Assembly (NCBI RefSeq): GCF_009834535.1
Contig: NC_045697.1
Location: 23,438,001-23,502,000, forward strand
Reading direction: 5' to 3'
DNA length: 64,000 nucleotides
From: Camelus ferus
Taxonomy: Eukaryota
Shown: piece after piece, positions 11,561-26,167 of the stretch
Position numbering within the stretch: the first letter of the stretch is position 1
Layout: each line of letters opens with the position of its first letter
Made by a program: the position numbers and the translations under genes
Notes under the pieces: generated by a model
Told to the model about the DNA's origin: nothing
What the model saw: only the letters and a program-made list of their open reading frames with translations
The model's database searches: none

Positions 11561-13307
11561 TACCAAACAAGTTTCAGCTATCATTGTATAAACTGCAAAT
11601 GCTATAGAAGACCAAAATACAGTTTATTCCAATTCACTCAAATATTTCTCTAAATTTTCAAGCTTTATAAAATATTCCTCTTTAGCTGTAGGAACTAAAA
11701 ATAGGAAACCATACATCAAACTAAAATAAGAACTGAACATTCTTTTTCAATTTTGTGATTTGTTGTATGCTAATTACCCATTATATTTATATTTATTTAT
11801 ATGGGCAATTTTTAATTATTTGATTATATTTTAAATATTTATTTCTCTTTAAAGAAAAGAGAATTTAAAAAATAAACATAAAAGTGACAATATACTGTGG
11901 GATTTATTATACATCACTTTATATATGAGAAGATTGTTAATTAACATCTGAGTATTCATCAGTGGAAAACCAAATGATTGCCACTTAATCAGGAGGACAT
12001 ACAGAAGTGGTACGGCCTCTATGGTAAAATACACATATATGAAGAAGCAGTGTGGGTGGGTGAATGTCAATAAAGTAAATAGTCCACAAAATCTTACTGA
12101 TATTTATAAAGTTGGTTATAATTAGCTATTAAATAATATTTATTTACTTGGAAGAGATGGCTAAAAGTATCTAGTCCATTTTCTTAACTCTAAGAAAATT
12201 GAATAAAAGGTATCATAAATATGCATCTATCAGTCAATAATACTATACATCATGAAGTCCATACATAAATATTGGATAATTATTTGCCTTTAAGGACCAA
12301 ATAATTTAATTATCTTTATAAAATTATTTAATATCATGGGTAAAATATTAAAAATGATACATTTTTGCTTCTAAGTCTCGGTATTTTGTGTCAATATTTT
12401 AAAGTAGCTGTTCTACAGTTTTATTTTGCAACATCACACTATAATGTAGGAAACACTAAGAAGGTGCCATTGATTTCAAAGAATTAATCATTATATCTTA
12501 AAGAAAAAAACATAATAAAATTAAATATAAATTTTTACAAAAGAAAACAAAGGACCCACGAAATGGTCCTATATCCTTTGGGAACATGAGAAGAATGAGG
12601 AAAATATGGTTTAGAAGAGTGGCCTAAAAAAGGGTATCTATAAATCTAGTAACAGGGAAATTGTGTCAGGTTGAGGGGAGACTCAGTACAGATAAAACAT
12701 ATACCTTACCTATATTTTATAGAATTACATAATCTATGTTTTCTTTCTCTTGAGATGTTAGGGAAAAAAGATTAAGAATGTCAATAATTTTAGATCTTAT
12801 TATGAGGGGTTGGGATCTAGGTAGAGAATTCCCTAGTATTTTGAGGAAATTAAACTCATTATCTGAATAATATTTCTTCCTGAAGTTAAATCCTATCTAA
12901 CTGTCTTTTTGTGGTTGTTGTTTGTTATTGCTTTTTTTTTTTTACCATAGCCAAATTATATTCAATATTATTTTAAATGTGTTATTTTCAACAATGGACT
13001 CCTGGAATTTTATTGTGACTTAAGGCAGCAATGTAGCACAGTTTATTGATTTTTACTACATGCAGAACATACATTTACACTGTATTCATTAACCTTACTA
13101 AGACATTTGACTTAATGCAAACACTTGGAAATGTTTGTTGCTACATTTGTTAGTAACATATGAGAAAACAGCTATCATCCAGGGGCAGGACTCATTAAAC
13201 CCAACTGATTGCTTGAAATGAGGCAGAACATGAATTGTAATATTTTATTTCAAGAACATAAATTACTTCATTTGGAAAGAAGATGTGTCTACATTCTAGA
13301 ATGTATC

Positions 13308-13847
13308 TGTATTTACCAGGTCTTTTATTTCTCAGATTGATACTTCAACATTTGGGGTCTTGCAGACCCTAGATGGACCCTCCCAAGGCGATCCAGTTTC
13401 TGGAGATAGTAAACAATTCACCCATGAAAGCACTTACCAAATGCTAACCACCCAGCCCTGAGCCTCTATGACCAAGCACCTCTATGCCCAACCACCTCCT
13501 TTAACAGGCTCTTAGAGTCTGAGCCATAATCTACCTGCCCTAATCATCCTGGAGCTAACCAGAGGACAGTACCTTCACCCAGAACCCACTGAAATTCAAA
13601 TTAGTCAATCCTAAACCTGCTTACCCTGCCTCATTCATTCCTACAGCACAATATAGGCTCTTCCCACAGTTGGCTTCCCTCCCTTTTACTTCTGACTGGG
13701 CCCAGTGCTTCCCTATGTTATTCTCCTAGAGGTGTGTGGTGCCCCCTACTCTTGGGATCTGTGAACAGAACTGTCTTTTCAATAACAATAGTCTCCTGAT
13801 ACTTTGACTTTATCATATCTAAATAATAATAAAAGCTGTATCAAACA
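13308..13847 (+). mobile_element. MER74-like ERVL solo LTR
   Basis: TG...CA termini, exact 5-bp TSD GTATC (13303-13307 / 13848-13852); motifs CAATCCTAAACCTGCTTACCCTGCCTC, CTCTTGGGATCTGTGA and AATAATAATAAAA. Confidence 0.92.
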
Positions 13848-14599
13848 GTATCATGACTTCATTTTTCAGGCTAGAAAAAGTATATGACTATATGTATTTT
13901 TTAATTAAATAGGCCCTGAGTTACTACAGTTGTTTTGTTGTCATTATACTTGGATAGAAACATTTTAAGACATTTTTGTTTTCTTTCTGGAGTACAAAAA
14001 AACTAAGTAAAATATACATGCTAAAATTGTTCTTTTCCAATTAAACTAGAATGGCACAATGTCCTACAACTTGAAGTCAAAAAATGCTGATCCTATTGAA
14101 TACATTACAACTTTTTTCCCCTAATTTCAGGAGGACCATGAAAATCTGTAGAGAACTTCTAGATGCTTAAAAATCTAACCTCATTCTGTAGTCAATTATA
14201 GAACTTTCAGTAAGCCCTGAGGTAACCTGACCTTCTGTTATTCACTTACAATTATATTGAACAGTGACCATCTGTGCCCAGCATTACAGTAGGTGCTGTA
14301 GATGGAAAGCTGCATGAAACAGTTTCTATTCTTATTCTTCTATTCTCTCTTATTTACAGCAAATATAACATTTTTGACGTGTGATAGTCTGAAAACATTG
14401 GGAACTTGGTCAAGGGAAAATACAGATTTAATGTGTACCAAGTGAAGCAACAAAATAGTAGTATGCCTGATACATACAAATGTCACGAGATTATCACTAA
14501 ATTAGAGAAAAAGGCAAATCAATTCCTTCACGTATACACAGTATGAGTATTCAATATATGAGAATGACATGTCAGAATTATTCTGATCCCTCAGAATGT

Positions 14600-16390
14600 A
14601 TAATAGATCATAAAATATATAGCTTAAACTCAACTTCCAATAACATAGTGAATTAAGGAGATTCCATAATCTCAACTAAACATAACAGAATGATGGAGAA
14701 ATATAAAAGAATCTTTTAGACTCATGTCCAGTACTAAAATAAAGACATGGAAAGTCCCTATTAATTACGTATGAAATAGAAACTCAAAATCAAAACCCAG
14801 TAGGTCATAGGAGTTGTACAAAAATGTAATACCCAGGTAGATAATAGCAAAGAGTACTTTAGTAAAGTTTCTAACAGTCATGGTCCTTGTCTAGGCAATT
14901 TGGGATCTGGAATTCAGTACTGATATAAATCCCATAGCTCAAAAATGCTACTCAAATCTTGAACTGAAACAAAACAAAACAAAAATCCAAACCTCAAATC
15001 AAAACAAACTATAAATACCACAACCACCAATATAGTAAACAAACAAGAAAGCCATCTCTCTTCCTGCAGACATAGAAATAAGAATAAAAGTCAATTATAA
15101 ATAATAAAATCCCTCAACACAATACTAACGAAAGCTTACTTGGGAGAAACTGAACTCCAGATGTACATGCCTTCCAATTACAGAAATTGTTACAGAAACT
15201 AATTTAAAAAAATACCACATGAATTATTCCAGGACTATTGGAATTGCTGGAGCTGTAGGAAAAGCAAACATGAAATTGCTGTTTGATACACTTTCTCAGA
15301 GCAGGAGATATGACTTCAGTTCAGAAAATGACTTCTCCACAATGAAGATCTCAAAACTTAAAATTACAATATATACAAAGAAATAACGAATATGAAGGGA
15401 ATGTCAGTTATAAAGAGAAAGACAGAAAGAAATTAAGAGGAATCAGTTTCTCAATTAGACATGATATTTGAACAATATAACATTAATGTATTCTAATTCT
15501 TAAAAGACAAAGTAAGAAGAGAAAATACACTTAGAAAAAATGTCAGCATTTCAGTAGACTCACATATTAAAAATTATTTCTGAAAATATTAGTTACAGAA
15601 GTAAAATTCACTACATCAGCTAAAATTAAATAAGACACAGATGAAGAGAAAAATCAATGAACTGGACAGATCTGCAAGAGAAAATGTTGCCCAGAGGTCA
15701 GAAGGATTAAAAATATGAGAGAATTTGAGATTATGGATGTTTACTAAACTTATTATGGTAATTATTTAATGGAATATGTAAGTCAAATCATTATGCTGTA
15801 TACCTTAAACTTATATATTTTATGTCAACTATATCTCAAGAAAACTGGAAGGCAAAAAATTATTTCAATTAAAAAAATATAAGTTAGTGCCTGAAAGGCA
15901 TGAGAAAATACAGAGGAGAGTATGATAATGTCCACTAATTGATGTTTAAGAAGAAAAAGATTAGGAGAAGCAATATTCAAAAGAATGATAATACTTGATA
16001 ATTTTTCAGAATTATACATAAAAATGAGTTTGCATTTTGAAGATACAAAATCTCAAGAAGAGATAAATAAAAACAAATCTATAACCATCTGGCAAGATAC
16101 ATCATATGAAAGCAGAAAACAAGGCTAATTAAGGGAGGAAAATGAAAATAAACTCATAAAAAATGGTGGCAAATAAACAGAATTTTTCATTACCCATTGT
16201 AGAGTCTAAAGACATTGAGATGAATACCTTAAGAATGTTACAGAGTGGACATAAAGGTAAAGAGCTACAGAGTTGGAAAAGTTGGAGTTAAAAACAGCAG
16301 CCTAGAATTCTCTACCTTCAATACCACCATGAAAGATTGAGGAAGGAATAAATATTTTATTTTCAGCTTAAAAAAAAGACTGAGAAAGCT
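14600..16390 (+). mobile_element. Old L1M/HAL1 5'-ORF1 region, with a short L1 3'-end fragment inserted at ~15735-15870
   Basis: A-rich decayed ORF1 (GGAGAAGCAATATTCAAAAGAATGATAA...AATTTTTCAGAATT; GCCTAGAATTCTCTACC). The insert has TATGCTGTATACCTTAAACTTA...TATGTCAACTATATCTCAA. Confidence 0.65.
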
Positions 16391-16395
16391 TACTT

Positions 16396-16828
16396 TATTA
16401 GTTGGTGTTCTCCAGTGAAACATAATTAGCAGGATCTATCTATGTATCTACGTACATATGTATCTATCTATATATTTATATCTTTTGAGAGAGACATTTT
16501 AAGAAATTAGCTCACAATATTGTGGGGGCTACCAAGTTCAAACTCTGTAAGGCAGGCTAGCAGGTTTGAAATGCAAATAAGAGCTGATGTTTGAGTTCGA
16601 AGTAGGTCTGGAGGCAGACATCTTTCTTCTTTAGGTGATCTCAGTCATTTTTCTTAGGGCCTTTAACGGACCGAATGAGGCCCAGGAAGTAACATGTTTT
16701 ACCTGAAGTCTTAAACGTTAATTACATCTAAAACTTACCTTCACAACAGCATCCAGACTGATATTTGACAAAAAGTTGGGTACCATGACAACGGCATGCA
16801 CAAGATGACACGTAAAGTTAATCATCAC
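16396..16828 (-). mobile_element. MLT2 (ERVL) solo LTR
   Basis: TATTAGTTGGTGTTCTCCAGTGAAACA, AAGAAATTAGCTCACAATATTGTGGGGGCT and end GACACGTAAAGTTAATCATCAC. Confidence 0.9.
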
Positions 16829-17875
16829 TTTAAAAAAATTTAATGAATTTTTTTTCAAAAAGAAGGATACTGAACTCTTAGTTTATGTTGAACAGTTTCT
16901 AGAATTGATGTTATCAAACTAATTCAGATTATCTTGAATAATAATTAGTAAAATTATATCTTGTCTTTCTGGAAAGAATATCTAACACGGAAGACAACAT
17001 AGTTTACGCTTTAAGGCTCAGATATAGAAACAAAGTGAATTAACTCTCCAGTATTTTTTCTTTTACATCAGATGATGAGAACTTACATTTCAGAATTTTC
17101 TTCACATGTCTGTGAATTTCATTTCTGGATTTGTTTTGGATGGTCTTACCATAATATAGAGCAGTTATCACCATTGAGAATACTACTATTATCAAAACGC
17201 AGTGTTAAATCCTTTTACATGTTTACTAATATTTAATTCTCTTCATAAACTCATGAAGTTATGTTAGACCAGATTTCCATATCTATATTCTGAGTTAAAG
17301 GATATCAAGACAATATTGGAAAAAGGTCTCATACCTTTATTTGCCTTTCAAGAAATACTGCCTTAATGAATGCTAAAATATTGCTTTCTGTGCAATTTGA
17401 CATCAGAATCAACCATGTTTAATAACTGCACACCAAATTATTTTTAAAAAAACAGAGTAAGGTTAACAGAGAATCTTCATAGTCTGAATATTTTATGATT
17501 TGACCAAATGATTTTTTTCTATTTGCCTTTCTTGCTATTTTTTCAGCAAAACTGACATACTTCTTGCATTGTGGATCTTGTACCTTTAAGGTTGATTTCA
17601 GAAGGTTTTTTTTTTCCTTTGTTTATCTGACTTAGCTGTGACTTTAATCTTTGTTTAAACACCTTCCTAAGAGCTTCTGTCTGTTCTGTTACTTAATATC
17701 TGGTGGAAATTCAAGAGAATGAGGACATCATTTGACCTAGAATCAAATGCATTATCAGAGAAAATTCTAAATGGAAATTTGAAATAAGGTGTTGTATTAA
17801 CCATATATAAACAGAATGTTAAAAATCTAAATTTCTTATATATTCTTCTTGACCCTATTTCTGCAACTTACAGGG

Positions 17876-17903
17876 AAAGAAAGAAAGAAAGAAAGAAAAG
17901 AAA
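17876..17903 (+). repeat. (GAAA)n microsatellite
   Basis: Read directly. Confidence 0.9.
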
Positions 17904-19314
17904 ATGAATATACTGCTTTGATTCTTTGAATCTGTTTAAAATATGTTTGTTGACACTAATAATTTATAATCAAAATTTAATTGTCTACAAATTAATATTC
18001 ATTTCTCTGTGTTCTGTAATACAAAGCAAAATCTCTTTTTTAAAATGTAATAATTTACTTTTGAGAATAGACCTTAACATATATTGAAATGTTACTAGAA
18101 AGCATTAACATTAGGAATGAGATCATTATTCTATGTTTTCATCTTTTTGTTTTAGAATCACAGTGGTTTCAAAATGCCTTTGTTAAGTCTATTGGTTTTT
18201 ATTCATTAAAAGATTAAATAAACATTTCCTGACTTTTGTTATTCTTACAAGAAAACTGAATCTTCTAACTATTAAGGACTATAGTCAGTTATCTTTGCCA
18301 AGTAAATGCAAATTTCCTAATAAGAATATACTTACAAGAAATACAGCAATATTTTTATTTTTTAATATTAGATGTGGAAGCTAAAATTCATAGTTTTAGT
18401 ACAAAACTTTAATTATTAACAAAACAGAAGATTATTTAAGAGTAGACACCACAGTGGATTTTACAGCATCACATATATATTACAACCTAGTCTGAGATCA
18501 CAGTTAACTGAAATAATTTACTAGCTAGTTACTCAGTATGTCAGAAATATTCAATTTTTTCACAGGAAATAATTTATAAAAGTGGTTAATAATGTCTGAC
18601 AAGGCCTCATTAATTCTGAACTCTTAAGGCAAATTCATGAGTTTGAATTTTAAGGTAAGATGCCTGTGAGCTCTAATTGGTATTTTGTATGGTAAGCAAC
18701 ATTATATTCATTTTTTCTCCTGGCCCATGGAACATTCTGGTATGCAGGAAGGAATTTCTCTTTGTGTGGTATTAACTAGATATTTCTACACTGTGGAATA
18801 AAATAATCCTAAGCAGAGCAAAGTTTTAGTATTTACTATAATCATATATTTTTTAAAATCACCAAACATAGAAGTTTTACTATCACTGCTTTGGGGGATA
18901 CTTTCAGATTTTCAGTAGAAATTACAATATCTTCTCTTATATTCAGCACATTCCTTTTCCTCTTTTCTGAAAAGTCAATATAAACCCAAAATTCATATAT
19001 AAAACTCAAGGATTAAAAAGTAGGTTTTTAGAACTAACCTGGAAATTGCCTCTTGCTCTAAAGTGGTCTCTATTAATTGGTAAATATGAAATATTTCAAT
19101 AATTGTTATATATTATCATATTCACTTAAATTTAACTCTGAAAGTCCTGGTTATAGGTACCCTCAGGATAAGGAGAAGGATTCCAAGAGATACTAAATTC
19201 TGAGAACACTCTTGACATACCTTGCTGAAATACATATTTCACCCTGAATTTTTAAGTAATCATTTTAATTTAATTTTTAAGTAATCATTTAGTTATTTAT
19301 AAACATCAATGTTG

Positions 19315-20310
19315 AATTCCAGTTTTTCTACCAGAATGTAAAGAGTTTGCAAATCATTATTTCTACTCTCACACGAAAAAGAAAAACTGGACAAATTGAA
19401 ATACAACTTAGATCTATCAGAGTATTGAGGTCACAGGACAAGTTGCCACTCTGAAAACCCGAGAGAGGGGTGACTTCAGGGAATACAGATCAGCTTATCT
19501 GAAGCAGGAGTCACTGGAGCCTCTGAATGGTAACTTCAAAGAATAGCTGAAAGCTGAATGTGGGCTAGCTTGAGAGTTACACACTCCTGGTTGCCCAGGC
19601 TAAGGAGGCACCCCATACTCGGTGGTTTTACCTCTAAGAACCCCACCAACTTATCCCAATGAAGATCAAAGAAAAATCCCCTTTTGTTTGGCCAGGGAAA
19701 GGGGAAAAGTAATCATTCTGAAATATACCCACGGGAAAGTTAACCATTTTGAAATAAGCCCAAAATGTTCACCTCAACAAAGTCCTATTTAGAAAGTCCT
19801 TCACCAGAGCCTGATCTTGTGTTTTGGATCAGGCTCTGGTTTGGGGAGAGGGAAACTAACCAACTCCAGCCCCTGTAGCCTTCCTGTCTTGACTGAGGGA
19901 AAGGAAGCTAAGAAACACTTGCAAAGGTCACAGAACAGAGCATATATCAGTTAAGGGACTGGAACCTAATCACAGTTTACTGACTACTTGCCCTCCCTCA
20001 ACATTTAGCAATACATCAACAGGACTCCTGTATAATAACAGAGGATACAGTTGAAGGTTTTTCAAGGCTCAGACTCTACCTAAGAAGAAGCCCAGGGAAG
20101 ATTAAGACAACAGGGAGACAAATAAGGACTTTGAAGGAAAGAGATGCTAGTGAAACCTACAGTTACAGCAAGCGGTAAACACAGACTAACTCCTAGCAAG
20201 ATAAACATAAAACTTCACATTAAAAGACCATTTATCGCAGTTCCTATCACCTAACACATCACGCCCAGCTTTCAACAAAAAATTACAAGGCATGCTGAAA
20301 GGCAAAAACA
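19315..20310 (+). mobile_element. Old L1M 5'UTR fragment
   Basis: AGATCTATCAGAGTATTGAGGTCACAGGACAA, ACAGTTACAGCAAGCGGTAAACACAGACTAACTCCTAGC and CCAGCTTTCAACAAAAAATTACAAGGCATGCT are characteristic of L1M 5' ends. Confidence 0.75.
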
Positions 20311-21787
20311 CACATGCATACATATATATACACACACAAACACCCACAAAGGCAACATATATTTGATTTTAAAAGGAACATTTTTTTTATCTTGGAAATT
20401 ACTCAGATATTTGGTAACATTTTCTAGAAACGTGGGGCAAAATTGAAATAAGAGAAAAACACGTGGGGATTACTACATCCCTAACAAAAACCAAATCACT
20501 ACATTTGTTTTTTCCTACTTAACATATTTGTAGAATACTTGGCAGATATAAGCAATACATCATTCAATTTTAATCTGTTTCAATGCAAGTGATTTCTGAG
20601 TTGTGCCAAATCCTTTTGGAATGTCATGTCCATATTATTATTCAGAGCTTTATAGTTTATAATTTCTCCATCATTAATGAAGCTAATGTGATAAGCTGAG
20701 AAAAAAAATAATAATCAACTTCAACATTGTCAAATGTACAAAGGCCACGATATAGCAGAGGTGCTTTTGATTTATATTTCCATCTTAAAGTTGCTTCTTG
20801 CTACAATATACAGATATTCATCTTCGGCATAAAAAATTTGGAACCTGGCAATCAAAAACCAACAACTGTTACAAAATGGTCTTATTTTAATGTTGCCCAA
20901 TGAGCATTAATATTTTTCTACTTAAGTTTGTTGAAAATAAAGGTTTCAATTCATTAAGGAAGATGAAAACACAAACTAGTCAGGCTAAGTGTAGCCAAAC
21001 TGTATATATTAGAAAATATTTACTTTCCAATTCAACAGAAATATTGAATAATGGGTACTATTTGATTCTCATGCTCAGTTATATGGATTCTGGGAAATAT
21101 TTAACAGATTGGGAATTCTCAGTCACATTTTGATTTGCAGCTACTTAGAGGCTATCAGTAATTCAGACTATAAGGATAAATAATATTTTTCATAGTTGTT
21201 TGTTTCATCCATTTTGTTATGTTTTTCTAGGAAGGTCAGAAAGGGTTTTCTACTGCAAAATACATTTCACAGAAAATAATGAAAGTCAACCACTAAGAAT
21301 TTATCAAACAGCATTTTTGTTGTAAATCTTTATGCATTGTGTATAAAAACTCAAATCTTTCCATTCTCCATTCCATTATTAAAGTCATATTACTGATATA
21401 TACATTGTCAGGCCACAGGTTATGGCTTTGAGATTTTTTGACATGCTTTAGTTATAGTAGGTACTATAACATTTCTTTGTGAATGATACATGTGGACTTT
21501 TAGGTGTCTTTGGGACATGCAGAAATGCCCATAAAGACATCCATAATTTTCAAATTGCTTGTACACTTGCACAAAAAAATGTGTGCATTTCACAAAGCCT
21601 GCTTCATTGTATGTTTCTCTTACGTGGCCAGGTTTGAGTTTTGTATGTCTCATGGAGTACATTCGTGCTCTGAGGATACAATGCATTTTTAGACAATAAA
21701 TGTTTCTTAGCCTCATTCAGTCTGAGGTTTTATGTTTGCAATATATGGATAAAGATAACATGTACTTCATCGAAGGGTAAAAATGAG

Positions 21788-21975
21788 GGACTTGTAAAAA
21801 TTTTTCCTGAGAGGGCCAGGTAGTAAATATTTTCAGCTTTGCAAGATAAGGTTTCTACTGCAACTACTCAGCCCTGCCAGTGTAGCATAATAATGCGTAT
21901 TCCAATATGTACAGTTGTGTTCCAATAAAAGTTTACTTATAAAAGCAGGCAGTGGACTAGATTTATCCCACGTGA
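21788..21975. mobile_element. MER58A-like hAT-Charlie MITE
   Basis: AGGGCCAGGTAGTAAATATTTTCAGCTTTGC...GCAACTACTCAGCCCTGCC...TGTGTTCCAATAAAAGTTTA. Confidence 0.9.
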
Positions 21976-22079
21976 TGTCTACAGAAAAAAATCGTTTATA
22001 ATTATAATACTCACCCTTGAAACACATACATGCTAAAAAAAAGGGAAAGGTTAGTAAAGTAGACTATGTAATGGGGAAT

Positions 22080-23115
22080 GGGGAGGGAACTACTTTAAGC
22101 TCAAAGAAATACAGTGAGCAAAATCAAAGGCAAGAAACAATTAGAAAAATAGGTTTGAAGCACACATCACAGATATATATTAATTACTTTTATAACTAAA
22201 ACATATCTACAAAGCAAATAAGCAAAGGACTTACTACTCAGTAGAATAATCAGCAAATTCTATAAACAATCCATTTCACAAAAAATGAAAAACAAGTAGC
22301 CCTCAAACATGGAAAGTGCTCAGTTTCACTCATTATATGATTTTAATCTGCCAAGTTTTCAGTTTATTTATATATATGAGTTAAGATTTAGACTAAGATT
22401 ATATTATATATATTTAGTATATACATATACATATATATTTGATTCGTCTTAGAAAATGCTAAAAACTTGATTACATTTTATAGGCCACACTATGGAAAAG
22501 TAGGCAATTTGACTGCTGAATCAAAAATAAATCGGCACAAAACCCTGTGGACGGCAACTGGGAATGTCTAACAATTGTACTTCTAAGTATTTATCCAGTA
22601 GATATATCAGATATTTGTAAACTGATGCATTTACTAGGTGAGTCTTTATTTTTTATTTAATTATTTTTTTTTCCTTTGGTAATGGCAAAAATTTAGCAAT
22701 AGGAATGGGTTCTATAAATGATGGCATATAGATACAATGGAATACAATCATCTTAAAAACTAAAAAAGGTTCCTATGTATTGATATGGAAGAATTTCCTA
22801 TGTATTATTAATTTCAAAAGCAAGATGAAAAAGAGTGTATAAGAAATATTATTTTTCTTTAAAAATAATATATATTTATGATCTAAATGCTTGTAAAGAG
22901 ACATATTATGGATAATTAGTAATAATTATGAGATGTAAGTGGAAGGAAGACAGAGTTCCACAATGATTACACTTCAATTGTCATTGAGTTCAAATTGTAG
23001 GTTGGGCATCCGGGGAGGGAGGGAAACTCTACTCTTCACTGATTACATTTTAATACTCATTTTGAATTTGAATTATGTAAATATAAAACCTACTCAAATA
23101 TTAATAAAAAATAAA
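22080..23115 (+). mobile_element. Old L1ME-type ORF2 end/3'UTR
   Basis: Decayed motifs AAACATGGAAAGTGCTCAGTTTCACTCAT, ATACAATGGAATAC and TATGTATTGATATGGAAGAAT. Confidence 0.7.
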
Positions 23116-23649
23116 AGTATATATATATAAACATACACGCACAGCTGATCAACATCTAAACATAGTTATTCACATCTCTGTCTGAGTTCAGATCTTAGAC
23201 ATGGATTCAAACAAAGAAATTTAGACGTTGATAGGTTATAACCCTTGAATGAAACAATTACAGATTAAATGTAATGGAAATTTCCTCATACTTTGATATT
23301 TAGCCAACAATACCTTAAAAAAAAGTGTACTAGCTCTTACATCCTCACAAAAAGCCTTACTTTATAAGTGGAGTTGATAAGGGAGAACAGATTTTATTCT
23401 GTTTATTGGGCACCACAGTAATACCAGGGACAAGTATTTACTCTCCATTGTGGGTTAAAAAATGCATTTATTTGACTAGTTAAAAAAAAAAAAAAAGCAG
23501 TTATTTAAGCTTTACAATGCCTAGGTTAAAAAGAAAATGGGCAAAGAATACAGTATCTTGTCAATGCTGATAATTAACAGAAATGCTATTAAAGAAGAAT
23601 AAAGCATGATGTTTACTATCACTTAAATCACTGCAAAATATAAGGAACC

Positions 23650-23870
23650 TTTGTGGTGGAGGAGCATAGGACTGAAGTTTCAAAACAGTGATTAAAATCT
23701 TAGCTCCACCACTTAGGAGCTGTCGATCAATATCCCTAGTTTACTTTAATAATTCATAACATACTGAAAATATTCCCTCAGTCAGAGTCACAGTCAGATT
23801 TAAATATATAATAGATGTAGAAGTGCTCATCACCACACTGCCCACTCTGCAAGCATTAATTAATATTATT
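23650..23870 (+). mobile_element. Decayed MIR
   Basis: AAATCTTAGCTCCACCACTTAGGAGCTGT...ATGTAGAAGTGCTC...AAGCATTAATTAATATTA. Confidence 0.65.
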
Positions 23871-23933
23871 TGACTCTGGACTAGTGTCTATATATTTATA
23901 TATAGTGTCATTATAACTTAACTGATATATACT

Positions 23934-23936
<3 letters not shown>

Positions 23937-23977
<41 letters not shown>
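23937..23977. repeat. (AT)20 microsatellite
   Basis: Read directly. Confidence 0.97.
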
Positions 23978-23980
<3 letters not shown>

Positions 23981-24609
23981 TCTTTACAAATGTAAAATGG
24001 CTTTTTTTAATAAACTACTCCATGTTGTGGTACTGTTGAATCAGAGACCAAGACTGTAAAACATGAGAGATTACTTGGGCATTTTTCTTTGACAGAATTT
24101 GTTACTTTAAGTGAATATATTTTATTAAGTTAAATTAACTGATTGTCAATTTTATTCCTTTCCAAAACAGTTCTGAGAAGCAGTATGAACAGAGCCTGAG
24201 TTTCATTTTTGAGCTAAAAAGCATAGTTATTCACTAAGTGCAATCACCTGAGATTATAAAGCACCTGTAAATGAAACTCATTTCTATTCTTATCAGAATC
24301 AATAGCCTCACACTTCAGATATCTTCTACCCCTTGAAAATACAACTTGTTCCTGAAACTTTTAATCAGAAATATCTGTACAGTTTGCTAAAAACAATGAC
24401 TACAGTAACAACCACCACAATTAATGATTCTTTCTTTTTCCTAAATCAGAAAGCAAGTTTGGTAAATGCCCCTTTTTATTCTCCATCTACACCCATCACT
24501 TTATAATTTGAATCTTTTAGATAAAAATATATGACCTGTATAAGTATATGACACTATATATATATAATCATATAGAGTCAATATAGATATATGACTCTAA
24601 TGTATCACC

Positions 24610-25950
24610 AATAAAGAAGATCTGATACTGCCAAAAAAAAAATCAAATTCTTACAATATGCCAGAATTAAACACGTACAATAAGGACTAATCATTTAAAG
24701 CTATGTATTACTGGCATATAAGTAGAAAGAATAATGGGAAAAAAGGTATTATTTCAATATGTGGGAATAAATGGGTTTGGGATGACTAACTTGCATTGTG
24801 GAAAAACAATAGTCTAATCTATAATGTATAAAATGAAGAAAAATTTCAAAAGCACACAAGTATTTAAAAATGGTTTAAATAGGGCTACACCAAGCCAGAA
24901 GTGTTTAAGAGTGCACCTCAACAGGAGTGCCTGGAGAAACTCACACAGAAAAAGTATGGAAGTAAACAAGGACATCATTGATTGGCTATAGTTTAAAGCC
25001 TAGTTAGCTGTTTGGGATTGGTTGTCCTTAGGCTTTGATTTTATAACTCCCCATTGAGATTTTGGTTTGCTTACATGGGGAACCATGGCATTAGAGCCAC
25101 CTCATCTACTGGCCTCCTTGTTTCATTATTTTAACAGTACACTGAGATACTGATTTTCACCCGTCAGCTTTGTAAAAGCCAAATGTTAGTAACACTTTAT
25201 GTTTGTGACGATGTGGAGGAAAAGGCTGATAAAAACGTCGCTGGAAATCAGTAAAGGACATGTAATATGTTTCAAACATATATAGTCTTTTTAATTATAT
25301 ATGTGTGTGTATACCCATATCTGTGTCTATATCTATATCTAGGTCTAAGTCTCAATCTAGGTCCATACCTTCTAACTCAATTATTCCACTACTAAAATTT
25401 ATTCTAGAGATACTAGATACACATTATGCATTCAGGAAGGAACAGGGATGCCCAGCATTGAAATGATCAACGTGTACATTTATTCACAGGAGCACTGTTC
25501 ACAACAACTAAAGCCTGGAAACAAATGCACACACGTAGGTACTGATGATATAAACTGTAGCACATATTTACAATCAAGTATTTTTTTCAAATATTATACA
25601 CACACACATATACACAAATCAGTAAAGATGGAGAGCACTTTTTAGATACAGATAGGTAAAGACCATCAAAATACACTGTTACAGTGAAAAAAGCAAGCTG
25701 TCCAACAAAGGGTAGTCTATCCTAGGTTTCCCATAAAAAAATGAAAGCACAAATACATATTTTTGTTATTTAAATATATCCTGGAAGGCTAAACAAGAAA
25801 GTAATACAAGTGCTTATCTCTGGTGGTGAGATTCCCAGATGGAGGGTCGGACCCAGGAAGACTGAGAACTTGTGGAGCAAAACTCTTGATACTTTTCACC
25901 TGTTTGCTTTTGCAAATCATGTGGTTGTATTATCTATTAAAACATGACTT
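24610..25950 (+). mobile_element. Old L1ME-type 3' region, interrupted at ~24870-25136
   Basis: GAGATACTGATTTTCACC, CTCAATTATTCCACTACTAAAATTTATTCTAGAGATACT and CAGTGAAAAAAGCAAG motifs. Confidence 0.65.
24870..25136 (-). mobile_element. ERV1-type LTR fragment
   Basis: Repeated GATTGG (CCAAT on -) boxes; ends TTAACA (TGTTAA start on -). Left boundary and TSD unclear. Confidence 0.6.
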
Positions 25951-26100
25951 AGAGAAAAGAAAAAGAAAACAAAACTGCAGAGCTGATTCAGTGGCTGTAA
26001 GTCATTAGCAGCAGAACAACCTGGAGGCTTTGTTGGGTGCCCAGGAATGTTATTTGCACCTTTGCAGGTTCAGTTGCATAACAATGGCTGGCCTGAGGGT

Positions 26101-26115
26101 TTTTCTTTTCTTTTC

Positions 26116-26166
<51 letters not shown>
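26101..26166. repeat. (TTTTC)7 + T31 polypyrimidine tract
   Basis: Read directly. Confidence 0.97.

Positions 26167-26167
<1 letters not shown>

Noticed and set aside
14131..14220. Possible exon after TTTTTTCCCCTAATTTCAG with GTAAGC/GTAACC donors
   Set aside because: Splice-like motifs alone are frequent; no recognisable coding content or partner exons. A lncRNA exon cannot be excluded without RNA data.
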